Positions 53,621 through 62,995 of a DNA stretch of 64,000 nucleotides are shown here, piece after piece (position 1 is the first letter of the stretch; every line of letters begins with the position of its first letter). The stretch is from assembly GCA_902806085.1 (NCBI GenBank), contig CADCVH010000031.1, positions 15,950 through 79,949 on the forward strand, given 5' to 3'. The translations under genes and the position numbers were made by a program. The DNA is from an uncultured Rubrobacteraceae bacterium (GTDB lineage: Bacteria; Actinomycetota; Rubrobacteria; Rubrobacterales; Rubrobacteraceae). The notes beneath the pieces are model-generated. The model was given only the letters and a program-made list of their open reading frames with translations. It was not told the origin of the DNA and ran no database searches.

Positions 53621-54856
53621 TCAAGTTTTCTCCGGGACGCCCGAGCCCGCGGGGGTCCCGAAGCCTCCCACATCTCCGCCGGGCGCGGCGCGCCCCTTGG
53701 GCAGGGACAGGGCCACGGCCGGCAGGGCCAGGGCCGCGAGGATCGCACCTATAAAGTACGGCGCCGGGACGCCGAGGTCGTCGAAGGCCGCCCCGGCCAT
53801 CAACGGACCCGCGATGAGGGCGAGGCTCAGGACGGCCTGCACGCCCCCCATGAGACGGCCCTGCTCCTCCGCGGGAGCCCGCCGCGAGAGGAGCGCCGTC
53901 AGGGCCGGTATGGCGAGCCCCGCCCCGACCGCCAAAGCGCCGACGACCGGGTAGAGAGACCACCCTGAGGGGGAGGCGCCGACGAGCGCGAGGCAGAGCG
54001 CCGTGAGCGCGAGCCCGCCGAAGGCCAGCTTCTCTTCGCCGAAGCGTCCCTGCAGCCGCCCGACTAGCAGGCCCTGCGTCAGCACGGCGCACGCGCCGAC
54101 AAAGACGAAAAAGAACGCGTTCTCCGACGCCCCCCAGCCGAAGCGTGCGCCGGAGAAGAGCGGGAAGTTGGTCAGAAGGCCGGCGAAGGAGAGGTTCAGG
54201 AGAAAGACGGCGAGGAGGAGCGTGCCCGTGCCGCCCATCCGGACCGTCCTGACGAGCCCGGAGAAGGGGTCGAGGCGTAGGACCGGCGTGCGGGAACGCC
54301 TCCCTTCGGGCAGCGACTCCGGCAAGACGAAGAGGCCGAAGGCCGCGTTGAAGAGCGCGAGGCCGGAGGCGGCGAGGGCGGGGGCGTGGAGGGAGTGGAG
54401 GCTGAGGAGGCCGCCGAGCAGGGGACCCGTCATCAGCCCGAGCCCGAAGGCCGCCCCGAGGAGGCCGAGCCCCTTGGCCCGGTCTTCCGGCGGGGTGCTG
54501 TCCGCGATAAACGCCTGGGCGGTCGCCTGCGTCCCGCCCGCCGCCCCGGCGAGCGCCACGGCCACGACGACGAGGGCGAGGGTCCCGGCGAGCCCGAGCA
54601 GCGCGTAGGCCAGCGAGGCGCCGAGCAGGCAGATCACGAGCACGGGGCGGCGCCCGACGCGGTCGGAGAGGCCGGCCAGGAACGGGCCGCCGAAGAACTG
54701 CATCGCGGCGTAGAGGGAGCCCAGGGCCCCGACGAGTAATGCCCCGCCCGCGAGCCCCCCGGCGTAGAAGGGCAGGAGCGGGACGACGAGGCCGTAGCCG
54801 AGCATGTCCACGAAGACCGTGACGAACAGGAACGTCGCCGCGGCCTGGCGCCGCAT
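53621..54856 (-). CDS. MFS transporter (TetA/DHA1-like)
   Basis: VFVDMLG.G...P.LP, LSDRVGRRPVL, AFIAD, RAKG.G..GAAFG.G...GP..GG. Confidence 0.92.
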   Translation of the reverse strand: MRRQAAATFLFVTVFVDMLGYGLVVPLLPFYAGGLAGGALLVGALGSLYAAMQFFGGPFLAGLSDRVGRRPVLVICLLGASLAYALLGLAGTLALVVVAVALAGAAGGTQATAQAFIADSTPPEDRAKGLGLLGAAFGLGLMTGPLLGGLLSLHSLHAPALAASGLALFNAAFGLFVLPESLPEGRRSRTPVLRLDPFSGLVRTVRMGGTGTLLLAVFLLNLSFAGLLTNFPLFSGARFGWGASENAFFFVFVGACAVLTQGLLVGRLQGRFGEEKLAFGGLALTALCLALVGASPSGWSLYPVVGALAVGAGLAIPALTALLSRRAPAEEQGRLMGGVQAVLSLALIAGPLMAGAAFDDLGVPAPYFIGAILAALALPAVALSLPKGRAAPGGDVGGFGTPAGSGVPEKT

Positions 54857-54858
54857 CG

Positions 54859-55812
54859 CTAGCGCGCCCCGAGGCGTTCGAGGATGCGCCGCGCCTCTTC
54901 GACGGTCCTGCGGCTCACGGGTCCTTCGTCCGCGGCCCCGAGGGGCGGGCCGAACTCGACCCGGGTCGTCACGCCCCTCAGGGCCGGCACGAGCATCTGG
55001 AGGGTGGCGGAGAGCCACGCCCGGTCGCGGGGGTCGCGGCGGAGAAGGGCAACGGGATTGCGGAGGGCGGCGCGCGAGATCACGCCGCTCACCACCGCCG
55101 GGACGACGGTCAGGCCAGGGACGAGCCGGGCGAAGAGGTCGACGCTCCCCGACCACGCCCCGAGCGCCTCCGCGGCCCCCGGCAGCACGGCCGGGTCCGG
55201 CTCTATCCTGCCGCCGGGGAAGGTGATGACGGCGCCGCCCCCTCTCAGGTGGCGGGCGGCGGCCCTGATGGCGCCCGGGCGGCCCTTGGGGGTGACCGTG
55301 ATCAGGGCGCGCGCGGTGTTCGGGAGCGCGGAGAGGAAGGGCCGCTCCGCGGCGATCACCCTCAAGTCTTCCCTGGGCATCGCGGCGAAGAGTGCTACGG
55401 CGTCGGCCAGGCCGGGGTGGTTGGAGACGACGAGCAGCGGCCCCTCCCGGGGCACGCGCTCCCTCCCTTCCACCACGACGTCGCGGGACATCTGATCGAG
55501 CGCCCAGGCGCCGCCAGCGGGGAGGCCGGCCTCGCCCACGATGTCGTCGTAGGTCGAGATCTGGCCCGCCAGCCGCCGCGCCGGCACGGAGGCGAGAAGC
55601 TCCAGGAAAGACCTGACGGCGCCGGGGCCCAGATCTCCCAGCCCGAAAGCGGAGATCAAATCCCCCGAGCAGAGCTTCGCCAGCGCCTCGACCCGCTCGT
55701 CGCGCGCCGGTGCCCGCGCCGCGACGGGAAACGTGTTCGTGTTCTCCAGAGCGCCTCTCCCTGTTGCGTGGTCCGCCAACCCTGGTATGGACCCGGGCGG
55801 GCGCGGACCCAT
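54859..55812 (-). CDS. Lysophospholipid acyltransferase (PlsC-like) family protein
   Basis: SNHPGLAD (HxxxxD), FPGG, VVP; start uncertain. Confidence 0.75.
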   Translation of the reverse strand: MGPRPPGSIPGLADHATGRGALENTNTFPVAARAPARDERVEALAKLCSGDLISAFGLGDLGPGAVRSFLELLASVPARRLAGQISTYDDIVGEAGLPAGGAWALDQMSRDVVVEGRERVPREGPLLVVSNHPGLADAVALFAAMPREDLRVIAAERPFLSALPNTARALITVTPKGRPGAIRAAARHLRGGGAVITFPGGRIEPDPAVLPGAAEALGAWSGSVDLFARLVPGLTVVPAVVSGVISRAALRNPVALLRRDPRDRAWLSATLQMLVPALRGVTTRVEFGPPLGAADEGPVSRRTVEEARRILERLGAR

Positions 55813-55914
55813 CCCGCAAATGGGCTATCTTATCGCCCCCGGCTCCCCGCACGGCCCGCCGCGCGGGTGACTCTCAGGAGTAGATACGCAGCGGCGGCGC
55901 GGGCGGTTCCGGGT

Positions 55915-56295
55915 TCAGGGCCTGCGGCGCAGGATCTGCACGGCCGAGCCCGAGAGGACGGTGTCGCCGAGCCGGACGTTGGGCTTCTTGACCTTTACCC
56001 GCACGGCCTCGACGAGCGGGTGCTCCTCCAGGGTCGCGTTCGCTATGCGCTCCGCGACGGTCTCCGTGAGGCCGGCGGGATCCCCCTCCACTACCTGCTT
56101 CGCCAGGCGGTGGACCTCGCCGTAATCCACGGTCTTTGTCAGGTCGTCGGAGAGGCCGGCGGGCCGCAGGTCCAGGCGCAGCTCGACGTCCACGACGAAG
56201 GGCTGCCCGAGCTCGCGTTCGGCGGGCAGGATACCGTGGCAGCCGTAGAAGACCATGCCTTCCAGGAGGATGCGGTCGTGGCTCTCGCCGTTCAT
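55915..56295 (-). CDS. folB: Dihydroneopterin aldolase
   Basis: DRI.L.G..F.G.HG....E...GQ.F.VD, TVDY, L.ET.AE.IA, VKKP; ATG 7 nt after TATACT. Confidence 0.92.
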   Translation of the reverse strand: MNGESHDRILLEGMVFYGCHGILPAERELGQPFVVDVELRLDLRPAGLSDDLTKTVDYGEVHRLAKQVVEGDPAGLTETVAERIANATLEEHPLVEAVRVKVKKPNVRLGDTVLSGSAVQILRRRP

Positions 56296-56372
56296 CCGGT
56301 GCAGTATACGTGTGCGTAAGGTCGTGTGCGCGGCGCTCGTGGCCCGTGCTAACCTTTGGGGCAAGGAAGGAG

Positions 56373-57074
56373 GTGGAGAGCATCGAGCGTCCGGCCGTCA
56401 CCGTAAGCTACGCCCAGACCCTTGACGGCCGCCTGGCGACCCTGGACGGGAGCTCGCAGTGGATCAGCGCCCCCGACACGCTCTGCTTCTCCCACGAGCT
56501 GCGCGCCTCCCACGACGCCGTCATGGTCGGCGCGGGCACGGTCGCCCGGGACGACCCGCGCCTCACCGTCCGCCTCGCCCCCGGCAAGAACCCCTTGCGG
56601 GTGGTCGTCGACAGCTCCCTGCGGACCCCGATGGACGCCGCCGTCCTCGCCGGCGGCGCGGCCCGGGGCACCATCCTCGCCGTCAACGGCCGCGCCCCCG
56701 AAGGGCGCCGCAGGGAGGCCGAGTCACTTGGCGCTACGGTCCTGCGGCTGCCCCCCGCCCCGGACGGCGGGGTCGACCTCGGGGCCCTGCTCGGGCGCCT
56801 GGGCGGCCTCGGGGTGCGCTCCGTGATGGTCGAGGGAGGGGCCGCCCTCATAACCGCCCTCCTGCGCGAGAGGCTAGTGGACCGGCTGGCGGTCTGCGTG
56901 GCACCAAAGATACTCGGCGCCGGCATAGAGGCCGTCGGCGACCTCGGCGTCCGGGATCTTGCGAGATCCATCTCCTTGACGGACGTGACCTTTACGCCGC
57001 GCGGCGGGGACCTGCTCCTCGACGGCCGCGTCGAGTACCCAACCTACCGCGATGCCGTCAGCCGCGCCGGGTAA
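56373..57074 (+). CDS. Stand-alone RibD C-terminal (pyrimidine reductase) domain protein
   Basis: YAQTLDG, SQWIS, DAVMVGAGTV..DDPRLTVR, VEGG, APK.LG; no deaminase domain. Confidence 0.85.
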   Translation: MESIERPAVTVSYAQTLDGRLATLDGSSQWISAPDTLCFSHELRASHDAVMVGAGTVARDDPRLTVRLAPGKNPLRVVVDSSLRTPMDAAVLAGGAARGTILAVNGRAPEGRRREAESLGATVLRLPPAPDGGVDLGALLGRLGGLGVRSVMVEGGAALITALLRERLVDRLAVCVAPKILGAGIEAVGDLGVRDLARSISLTDVTFTPRGGDLLLDGRVEYPTYRDAVSRAG

Positions 57075-58095
57075 CTTGAGGGCGAGGGCCCTATGGTTCT
57101 CGGGCCGGCGCGTCGCGGAGCTGCGGCCGGAGGACGCGCCCGCCCCCGGCCCCGGCGAGGTGCGCATCGAGGCCGCCCTCTCGGCCGTGAGCCACGGCAC
57201 CGAGATGCTCGTCTACCGGGGCGAGGTTCCGGAGGACCTTCCGCTGGATCTCCCGACCTTCGCCGGGGGTTTCTCGTTCCCGATAAAGCACGGCTACGCC
57301 TCCACGGGCCGCGTCCTGGACACCGGCCCCGGGGTCGAAATCCTCTCGCCGGGTGACCCCGTCTTCGTCCACCACCCTCACCAGGACGTCTTTACCGTCC
57401 CGGCCGGGTTCCCCGTGCGCCTGCCCGAAGCCCTCGATCCCCTCCGCGCCGTCTTCTTCGCCAACATGGAGACGGCCCTGAACGTCGTCCACGACGCCCC
57501 CGCGCGCCTCGGGGAGGCGGCGGTGGTCTTCGGCGGGGGCGTCGTGGGGCTGCTGGTAACCCGGCTGCTGAAGATGTCCGGGCTCTCACCGGTCCTCGCG
57601 GTCGAGCCCATACCCGAACGCCGAAAGCTAGCCCTGGAGATGGGCGCGGACGCGGCTTTCGGGCCGGACGAAGATCTGAAGGGGCGGGTGTACGGGGCGA
57701 CGGGCGGGCGCGGGGCGGACGTCGCGGTGGAGGCGAGCGGGTCGGGCGCGGCGCTGGCGGCGGCGGTCGAGTGCGTGGCGGTCGAGGGGACGGTCGTGGC
57801 CGCGTCCTGGTACGGGACGAAGCCCGTCGGCCTCCCCCTGGGCGGGCGGTTTCACCGGGGGAGGGTCAGGGTGAGGTCGTCGCAGGTGGGGATGGTCGCG
57901 CCGGAGCTTGCGGCGCGCTGGGACGGGGAGCGGAGGAGGGGGGCCGTGATCTCGCTTCTAGGAGACCCGCGGATACCGCTGGGTTCGCTCCCCGCCCATA
58001 GGGTGCCGTTCGGGGAGGCGCCGCACGCCTACCGGATGCTCGACGCGGGCAGAAACGGGGCCGTGCAGGTCGTTTTCGATTACGGGGGGATGTGA
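57052..58095 (+). CDS. MDR-superfamily dehydrogenase
   Basis: SAVSHGTE (no usual Zn Cys), GY, HPHQ, ETALN, GGGVVG, EASG, SWYG, FH..R. Confidence 0.85.
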   Translation: MPSAAPGNLRARALWFSGRRVAELRPEDAPAPGPGEVRIEAALSAVSHGTEMLVYRGEVPEDLPLDLPTFAGGFSFPIKHGYASTGRVLDTGPGVEILSPGDPVFVHHPHQDVFTVPAGFPVRLPEALDPLRAVFFANMETALNVVHDAPARLGEAAVVFGGGVVGLLVTRLLKMSGLSPVLAVEPIPERRKLALEMGADAAFGPDEDLKGRVYGATGGRGADVAVEASGSGAALAAAVECVAVEGTVVAASWYGTKPVGLPLGGRFHRGRVRVRSSQVGMVAPELAARWDGERRRGAVISLLGDPRIPLGSLPAHRVPFGEAPHAYRMLDAGRNGAVQVVFDYGGM

Positions 58096-58472
58096 TGTAC
58101 GAGGTATACGTCGCGGCGGCGTTCGAGGCGGCCCACCGCCTCGAAGGAGACTTCGGGCCGGCGACCCGCACCCACGGGCACACGTACAGGCTGGAGGCCG
58201 TCGTGCGCGGCGAGGGGCTCGCGCAGGACGGCACGCTCCTGGACATAGGCGAGCTGCGCGGGGCGGTTGACGGGGTTGCCGCCTCGCTGCACTACCGGGA
58301 TCTCGACGAGGTTCCGGGCCTGGCGGGCAAGAACACCACGGCCGAGGTCGTGGCGGGGTTTTGTTGGGATGAGATCTCACCCTCACTCCAGGGCCGCGGC
58401 CTCGCCTCGCTCACGGTGCGGGTCTGGGAGTCGCCGCAGGTCTACGCCGCCCGCGAGGAAGCCCTCGGCTGA
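58092..58472 (+). CDS. 6-pyruvoyl-tetrahydropterin synthase (COG0720) paralog, Cys-less FGPA type
   Basis: F.AAH.L, FGPATRTHGHTY, NTTAE, V.ES. Confidence 0.85.
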   Translation: MMYEVYVAAAFEAAHRLEGDFGPATRTHGHTYRLEAVVRGEGLAQDGTLLDIGELRGAVDGVAASLHYRDLDEVPGLAGKNTTAEVVAGFCWDEISPSLQGRGLASLTVRVWESPQVYAAREEALG

Positions 58473-58474
58473 CC

Positions 58475-59518
58475 TTGCGCGTCGCCTTCATAACGGTGGG
58501 GGACACCGACCGCCTCACCGGCGGCTACCTGTACAACAGGCGCGTCCTCGAAGGACTGGAGGAGAAGGACGTGAAGATGGAGGCCTTCGTCCCCTGCGGC
58601 GCGGTCCCGGGGGACCAGGCCGCGGCGGCGCCGGCCTTCGGCGACGGCTTCGACCCAGACCGTTTCGACGCCGTGGTGTTGGACGCGCTCGCGCGCATCG
58701 TCGCCGCCCCACACCTGGACCGCTGGAGATCCGGCCGCCCCGTCGTGGCGCTGGTCCACGAGCTTCCCGGCGTCGCCGAACCCTCCGCCGCCGACCGGGA
58801 GCGCCCGTTCGAGAGGGCCCTTCTCCGCTCGGACCGGCTCGTCGCCGTGAGCCGGCACGGAAGGGGGGTCTTGCTGGGCAAAGGTGTCGCCCCCTGGCGG
58901 GTCCACGTCGTCCCCCCCGGCTTCGACGGGCTGGGGCGACGTCCGGAAGGGAAGCCTCGCGACGGAGAAGCCCTGCGCGTCCTGTGCGTGGCGCAGTGGA
59001 TACCGCGCAAAGGCGTGCTCGACCTCGTCCGGGCCTGGAAGTCTGAGGGCAGGCCCGGGGCCGTCCTCGACCTCGTCGGCGAGACGGACGCCGACGCGGG
59101 TTACGCGGCGAAGGTGCGGGAGGCCGCGTCCGAAGATCCAGCCATCCTCGTTCACGGCCCGGTCGACGACGCGACCCTGGCCTGCCTCTACGCCTCCGCG
59201 GACGCTTTCGCGCTGCCCTCCCGCTACGAGGGCTACGGCATCGTCTACGCAGAGGCGCTCTCTTTCGGGCTGCCCGTCGTCGCCTGCCCCGTCGGGCCCG
59301 TTCCCGAGGTCGTCGGCGGGGAGGCCGCCCTGCTCGTCCCGCCGGGGGACGTGGACGCGCTCTCCGGGGCGCTGAACCGGGTCCTCTCGGATGCCGGGCT
59401 CAGGAGGAAGATGTCCGCCGCCGCGCTACGCCGGGTTGCCGGCCTCCCGCGTTGGGGGGACACGGTGGAAGGGTTCTTGACGGTGTTACGGGACTTGGTT
59501 GCGGAGCGGAGAAGATGA
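58475..59518 (+). CDS. GT4 family glycosyltransferase
   Basis: TGGYLYN, RKG, PSRYEGYGIV.AEA...G.PVV. Confidence 0.9.
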   Translation: MRVAFITVGDTDRLTGGYLYNRRVLEGLEEKDVKMEAFVPCGAVPGDQAAAAPAFGDGFDPDRFDAVVLDALARIVAAPHLDRWRSGRPVVALVHELPGVAEPSAADRERPFERALLRSDRLVAVSRHGRGVLLGKGVAPWRVHVVPPGFDGLGRRPEGKPRDGEALRVLCVAQWIPRKGVLDLVRAWKSEGRPGAVLDLVGETDADAGYAAKVREAASEDPAILVHGPVDDATLACLYASADAFALPSRYEGYGIVYAEALSFGLPVVACPVGPVPEVVGGEAALLVPPGDVDALSGALNRVLSDAGLRRKMSAAALRRVAGLPRWGDTVEGFLTVLRDLVAERRR

Positions 59519-60393
59519 GCGGGCCGGACCCCGACGGAATGCGCGACCAGAACCGCCGCTCGTGGAACGCGGTCGTGGGGGCGCACGACAGCCACCGCGG
59601 GGACCTCGCCGGTTTCCTCGAGGCCGGCGGCTCCACGCTCTTCCCCGAAGAGCTAAGGCTCCTCGGAGACCTGTCGGGCAAGACCGTGGCGCACCTGCAA
59701 TGCAACTCCGGGGGCGACTCGCTCAGCCTCGCCCGCCGCGGGGCGGAGGTGACGGGGGTGGACCTCAGCGACGGGGCGGTGCGCTCGGCCCGCCGCCTCT
59801 CGGAGGGGAGCGGCATCCCGGCCCGGTTCGTCCGCGCCGACGTGTACGACTGGCTGGCGGAGACCGCGAAGGATGGGGGTCGCTTCGACGCCGTCTTCGC
59901 CTCCTACGGGGTCGTCTGCTGGCTGCCGGACCTCGCCTCCTGGGCCGGCGGAATAGCCTGCGTCCTGGTGCCCGGCGGGCGCTTCGTGCTCGTGGACTTT
60001 CATCCGGCCGCCGAGGTCCTCGACGAGGACTGGAACCCCGCCCGCGACTACCCCTCCGGCGGGGAGCGGCTGCTCCTCCAAGAGGGCGTCGGAGACTACG
60101 TGGCGGCCTCGGGAGGCGGGCTCACGCCGGCCGGCTTCGCGCGGGGCGTCGGCGGGTTCGAGAACCCCGAACCCTGCCACCTGTTCCGGTGGGGTCTCGG
60201 CGAGGTCGTCACGGCGCTGGCCGGGGTCAAGCTAGAGATAACCGCCCTCGAAGAGTACCCGCACTCCAACGGCGAGCGGCACTTCGCCCGCATGCGCGAG
60301 TTGCCCGGACGCCGGATGGTCCCGCCGGAAGACGTGCCCGCCCTGCCCCTCATGTACGGTGTTCGGGCCGAAAAGTCGGTGGCTGAAGCCTGA
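59515..60393 (+). CDS. Class I SAM-dependent methyltransferase
   Basis: HLQCNSGGD, GVDLS, FD.VF.SYG...WLPDL..W, GG.F...DFHP. Confidence 0.88.
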   Translation: MSGPDPDGMRDQNRRSWNAVVGAHDSHRGDLAGFLEAGGSTLFPEELRLLGDLSGKTVAHLQCNSGGDSLSLARRGAEVTGVDLSDGAVRSARRLSEGSGIPARFVRADVYDWLAETAKDGGRFDAVFASYGVVCWLPDLASWAGGIACVLVPGGRFVLVDFHPAAEVLDEDWNPARDYPSGGERLLLQEGVGDYVAASGGGLTPAGFARGVGGFENPEPCHLFRWGLGEVVTALAGVKLEITALEEYPHSNGERHFARMRELPGRRMVPPEDVPALPLMYGVRAEKSVAEA

Positions 60394-60401
60394 GGCCTTC
60401 T

Positions 60402-61433
60402 TCACGTGAAGAAGAACGCCAGGGCGGAGATTATGTAGACGCCCAGGAGCATGGCGCCTTCGAGCCAGTTGGACCTGCCGTCCAGGGCGACGAAGCCGGT
60501 GATGATGACGGCGGCGGCCAGGGCCCCGAGCTCCAGCGGGGTGAAGACGAGCCGGAGGGGTTCGCCGATGATGGCGCCGAAGAAGACCAGGATCGGGGTG
60601 ACGAGCAGGGCGACCTGGATGGAGGAGCCGACGGAGATGCCCATGGAGAAGTCCATCTGGTTCTTGTAGGCGATCTGGACGCCCACGATGTGCTCGGCGA
60701 TGTTGCCCACGATCGGCACGATGATGATGCCGACGAAGAGCTCGGAGAGCCCGAACTCCTCCGTGAGCGGCTCCAGGGCGCCAACGAAGGCCTCGGAGAC
60801 GTAGGCGACCGCCGCCGTCGCCACGACCAGCAGCACGAGCGAGGCCGTCCTCGCGAACTGCGGGTCGTGGGGCTCGCCGGCCGCCTGGCCCTCCGGGGAG
60901 CGGAAGTAGAAGATCAGGTACAGGATGTAGATGACGAACATCACCACGGCCACCTCGACGCTGAGGGAGGTCGGGGGCGTCCCCGGGGTGGTCGCGGCGT
61001 AGATCGTGGGCAAGGAGAGGGCGACGGCGACGATGGCGAGCATCGAGGCGTTGACGCCGGCGATGGTGGAGGAGAAGGTCTGGGTGCCGTTCTTCAGGCC
61101 GCCGAGAAGCAGGCTCGCGCCCAACACGAAGAGCACGTTGCCGATGATCGAGCCGATAATGGAGGCCTTCACGACCGTCGTCAGGCCCGCCGAGAGGGCG
61201 AAGATGGTGATGATGAGCTCGGCGGCGTTCCCGAACGTGGCGTTGAGGATGCCGCCGACGCGGGGGCCGGCGTGGACGGCGAGGCTCTCGGTGGCCTGGC
61301 CGAGGACCCAGGCGAGCCCTATCAGGGCGAGCGCCGTGAGCGCGAAGATGAGCAGCGTCGCCCCGTGCAAAAGCTCCACTACCACGACCGCCGCCGTCAA
61401 CGCCGCCGTCACGCCGTAAGCGATGTTCCTCAT
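60402..61433 (-). CDS. chaA: Ca2+/H+ antiporter (CaCA family)
   Basis: NATFGNAAE, GSIIGN, GNIAEH, GSSIQVAL, NWLEG. Confidence 0.92.
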   Translation of the reverse strand: MRNIAYGVTAALTAAVVVVELLHGATLLIFALTALALIGLAWVLGQATESLAVHAGPRVGGILNATFGNAAELIITIFALSAGLTTVVKASIIGSIIGNVLFVLGASLLLGGLKNGTQTFSSTIAGVNASMLAIVAVALSLPTIYAATTPGTPPTSLSVEVAVVMFVIYILYLIFYFRSPEGQAAGEPHDPQFARTASLVLLVVATAAVAYVSEAFVGALEPLTEEFGLSELFVGIIIVPIVGNIAEHIVGVQIAYKNQMDFSMGISVGSSIQVALLVTPILVFFGAIIGEPLRLVFTPLELGALAAAVIITGFVALDGRSNWLEGAMLLGVYIISALAFFFT

Positions 61434-61529
61434 CGACCACCCCTCCCTACCGACCGGATAAATGACCCGACCATCATATAAGATAAGCCCGAACCGCCTT
61501 GTACCCTCAAATCCCCGGAGTGAGACCCC

Positions 61530-62288
61530 TTGATCGACTACCACCTGCACGTCATAGCCCACGACGACCGCCCGATGACGGTCGGGAACATCTTGAGCTA
61601 CTGCGAGGTGGCGAAGAGCAGGGGCGTGCGCCAGATGGGGATCACGGAGCACGACCGCTACCTGGACAAGATAGACGTCGCCGCCTTCCAGGAGGCGAGG
61701 GAGAAGAGCGAGGACGTGGTGCTGCGCCTCGGCATAGAGATAGACTTCGTGCCGGGTCAGGAGGAGCGCATGGAGGCCGACGCGACGGCGCTTCCCTACG
61801 ATTACGTCATAGGCTCCGTCCACCGCGTGGACGGCGACGAGGTCGACCGGGAAACGGACCAGAGCGTCTACGAGCGCTACGAGGCCTACGAGCTCTACGC
61901 CGCCTACTACCGCAACGTCCGCGAGGCCGCCCTCTCGGGGCGCTTCGAGGTCATAGGTCACCCGGACCTCATCAAGATCTTCCGCCGTTATCCCGAGAGG
62001 GACATCACCCCGCTTCTCGAAGAGACGGCCGACGCCGTGGCCGAGTCGGGTGTGGTCGTGGACGTGAACGCCGCGGGCCTGCGCAAGCCGGTGGGCGAGA
62101 TCTACCCCTCCCGCCCGTTTCTGGAGATGTTCCACCGCCGCGGCGTCCCCATCATCCTCTCCTCCGACGCCCACGCCCCCGACGAGGTCGCCGCCGGCTA
62201 CGACCGGAGCCTGAAGCTCGTCCACGACGTCGGCTACCGCGAGGTCGCCACCTTCGAGAACCGCGAACAGGGCTCCCTCCCCCTGTGA
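61530..62288 (+). CDS. HisJ-family PHP phosphatase (histidinol-phosphatase-like)
   Basis: DYHLH, TEH, GIE.D, DYVIGSVH, GHPDL, SSDAH.P. Confidence 0.88.
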   Translation: MIDYHLHVIAHDDRPMTVGNILSYCEVAKSRGVRQMGITEHDRYLDKIDVAAFQEAREKSEDVVLRLGIEIDFVPGQEERMEADATALPYDYVIGSVHRVDGDEVDRETDQSVYERYEAYELYAAYYRNVREAALSGRFEVIGHPDLIKIFRRYPERDITPLLEETADAVAESGVVVDVNAAGLRKPVGEIYPSRPFLEMFHRRGVPIILSSDAHAPDEVAAGYDRSLKLVHDVGYREVATFENREQGSLPL

Positions 62289-62995
62289 CGACGGAGCTCT
62301 TCCTCGAGGACTCTTACCTTAAAGAGTTCCGGGCCGACGTGGAAAAGATCGACGGCCGGGAGGTCGTCCTTGGCGGGACCGCGTTCTACCCCGGCGGCGG
62401 CGGGCAGCCGGCGGACAAGGGCACCATAGGCATAGGCCCCGTGAACGCGGCCGTGGTGGACGTCCGCCGGGAGGGGCGTGGGATCGTCCACGTCCTCGAC
62501 CGGGCCATCCCGGACACCGTGAGGGAGTTGAAGGGGGCGCTCGACTGGGCGCGTCGGTACGCGCACATGCGCTACCACACGGCGCTGCACGTCCTCTCCG
62601 GCGTGATCTGGAAAGGGTTCGACGCCAGGGTAACCGGCGGCCAGATGCGCGCGGACCGGGCCAGGATGGACTTCTCCTTCCCCGGCGAGTGGACGGCGCA
62701 GGTCGTCGGCGAGATAGAGCGCCTGACCAACGAGGCCCTCGCCGGGAACCGCCCGGTAAAAGTCTACGGGCTGCCCCGCGAGGAGGCTCTGAAGAACCCC
62801 GACCTGATCCGGACCCAAGCCAACCTCGTACCCGAACGCGTGGAGATCGTCAGGATAGTGGAGATAGAGGACCTGGATACCCAGGCCGACGGCGGCACCC
62901 ACGTCGCCAACACGAGAGAGGTGGGAGAGATCGGGATTACCGCCCACAAGAGCAAGGGCCGCCACAACAAGCGCGTAGAGTTCGTGCTGCGATGA
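62285..62995 (+). CDS. alaX: AlaX-type tRNA editing protein
   Basis: T.FYPGGGGQP.D.G, MRYHTALH, DGGTHV; Ala replaces the usual Cys in the Cxx.H site (QADGGTH). Confidence 0.85.
   Translation: MTTELFLEDSYLKEFRADVEKIDGREVVLGGTAFYPGGGGQPADKGTIGIGPVNAAVVDVRREGRGIVHVLDRAIPDTVRELKGALDWARRYAHMRYHTALHVLSGVIWKGFDARVTGGQMRADRARMDFSFPGEWTAQVVGEIERLTNEALAGNRPVKVYGLPREEALKNPDLIRTQANLVPERVEIVRIVEIEDLDTQADGGTHVANTREVGEIGITAHKSKGRHNKRVEFVLR

Noticed and set aside
53621-55852. 743-aa ORF suggesting an MFS fusion
   Set aside because: Only the last 411 aa are MFS; the upstream part is an alternative frame of the acyltransferase gene.
60402-62225. 607-aa ORF suggesting an extended antiporter
   Set aside because: The extension is antisense to the PHP phosphatase; the antiporter starts at ATG 61433.
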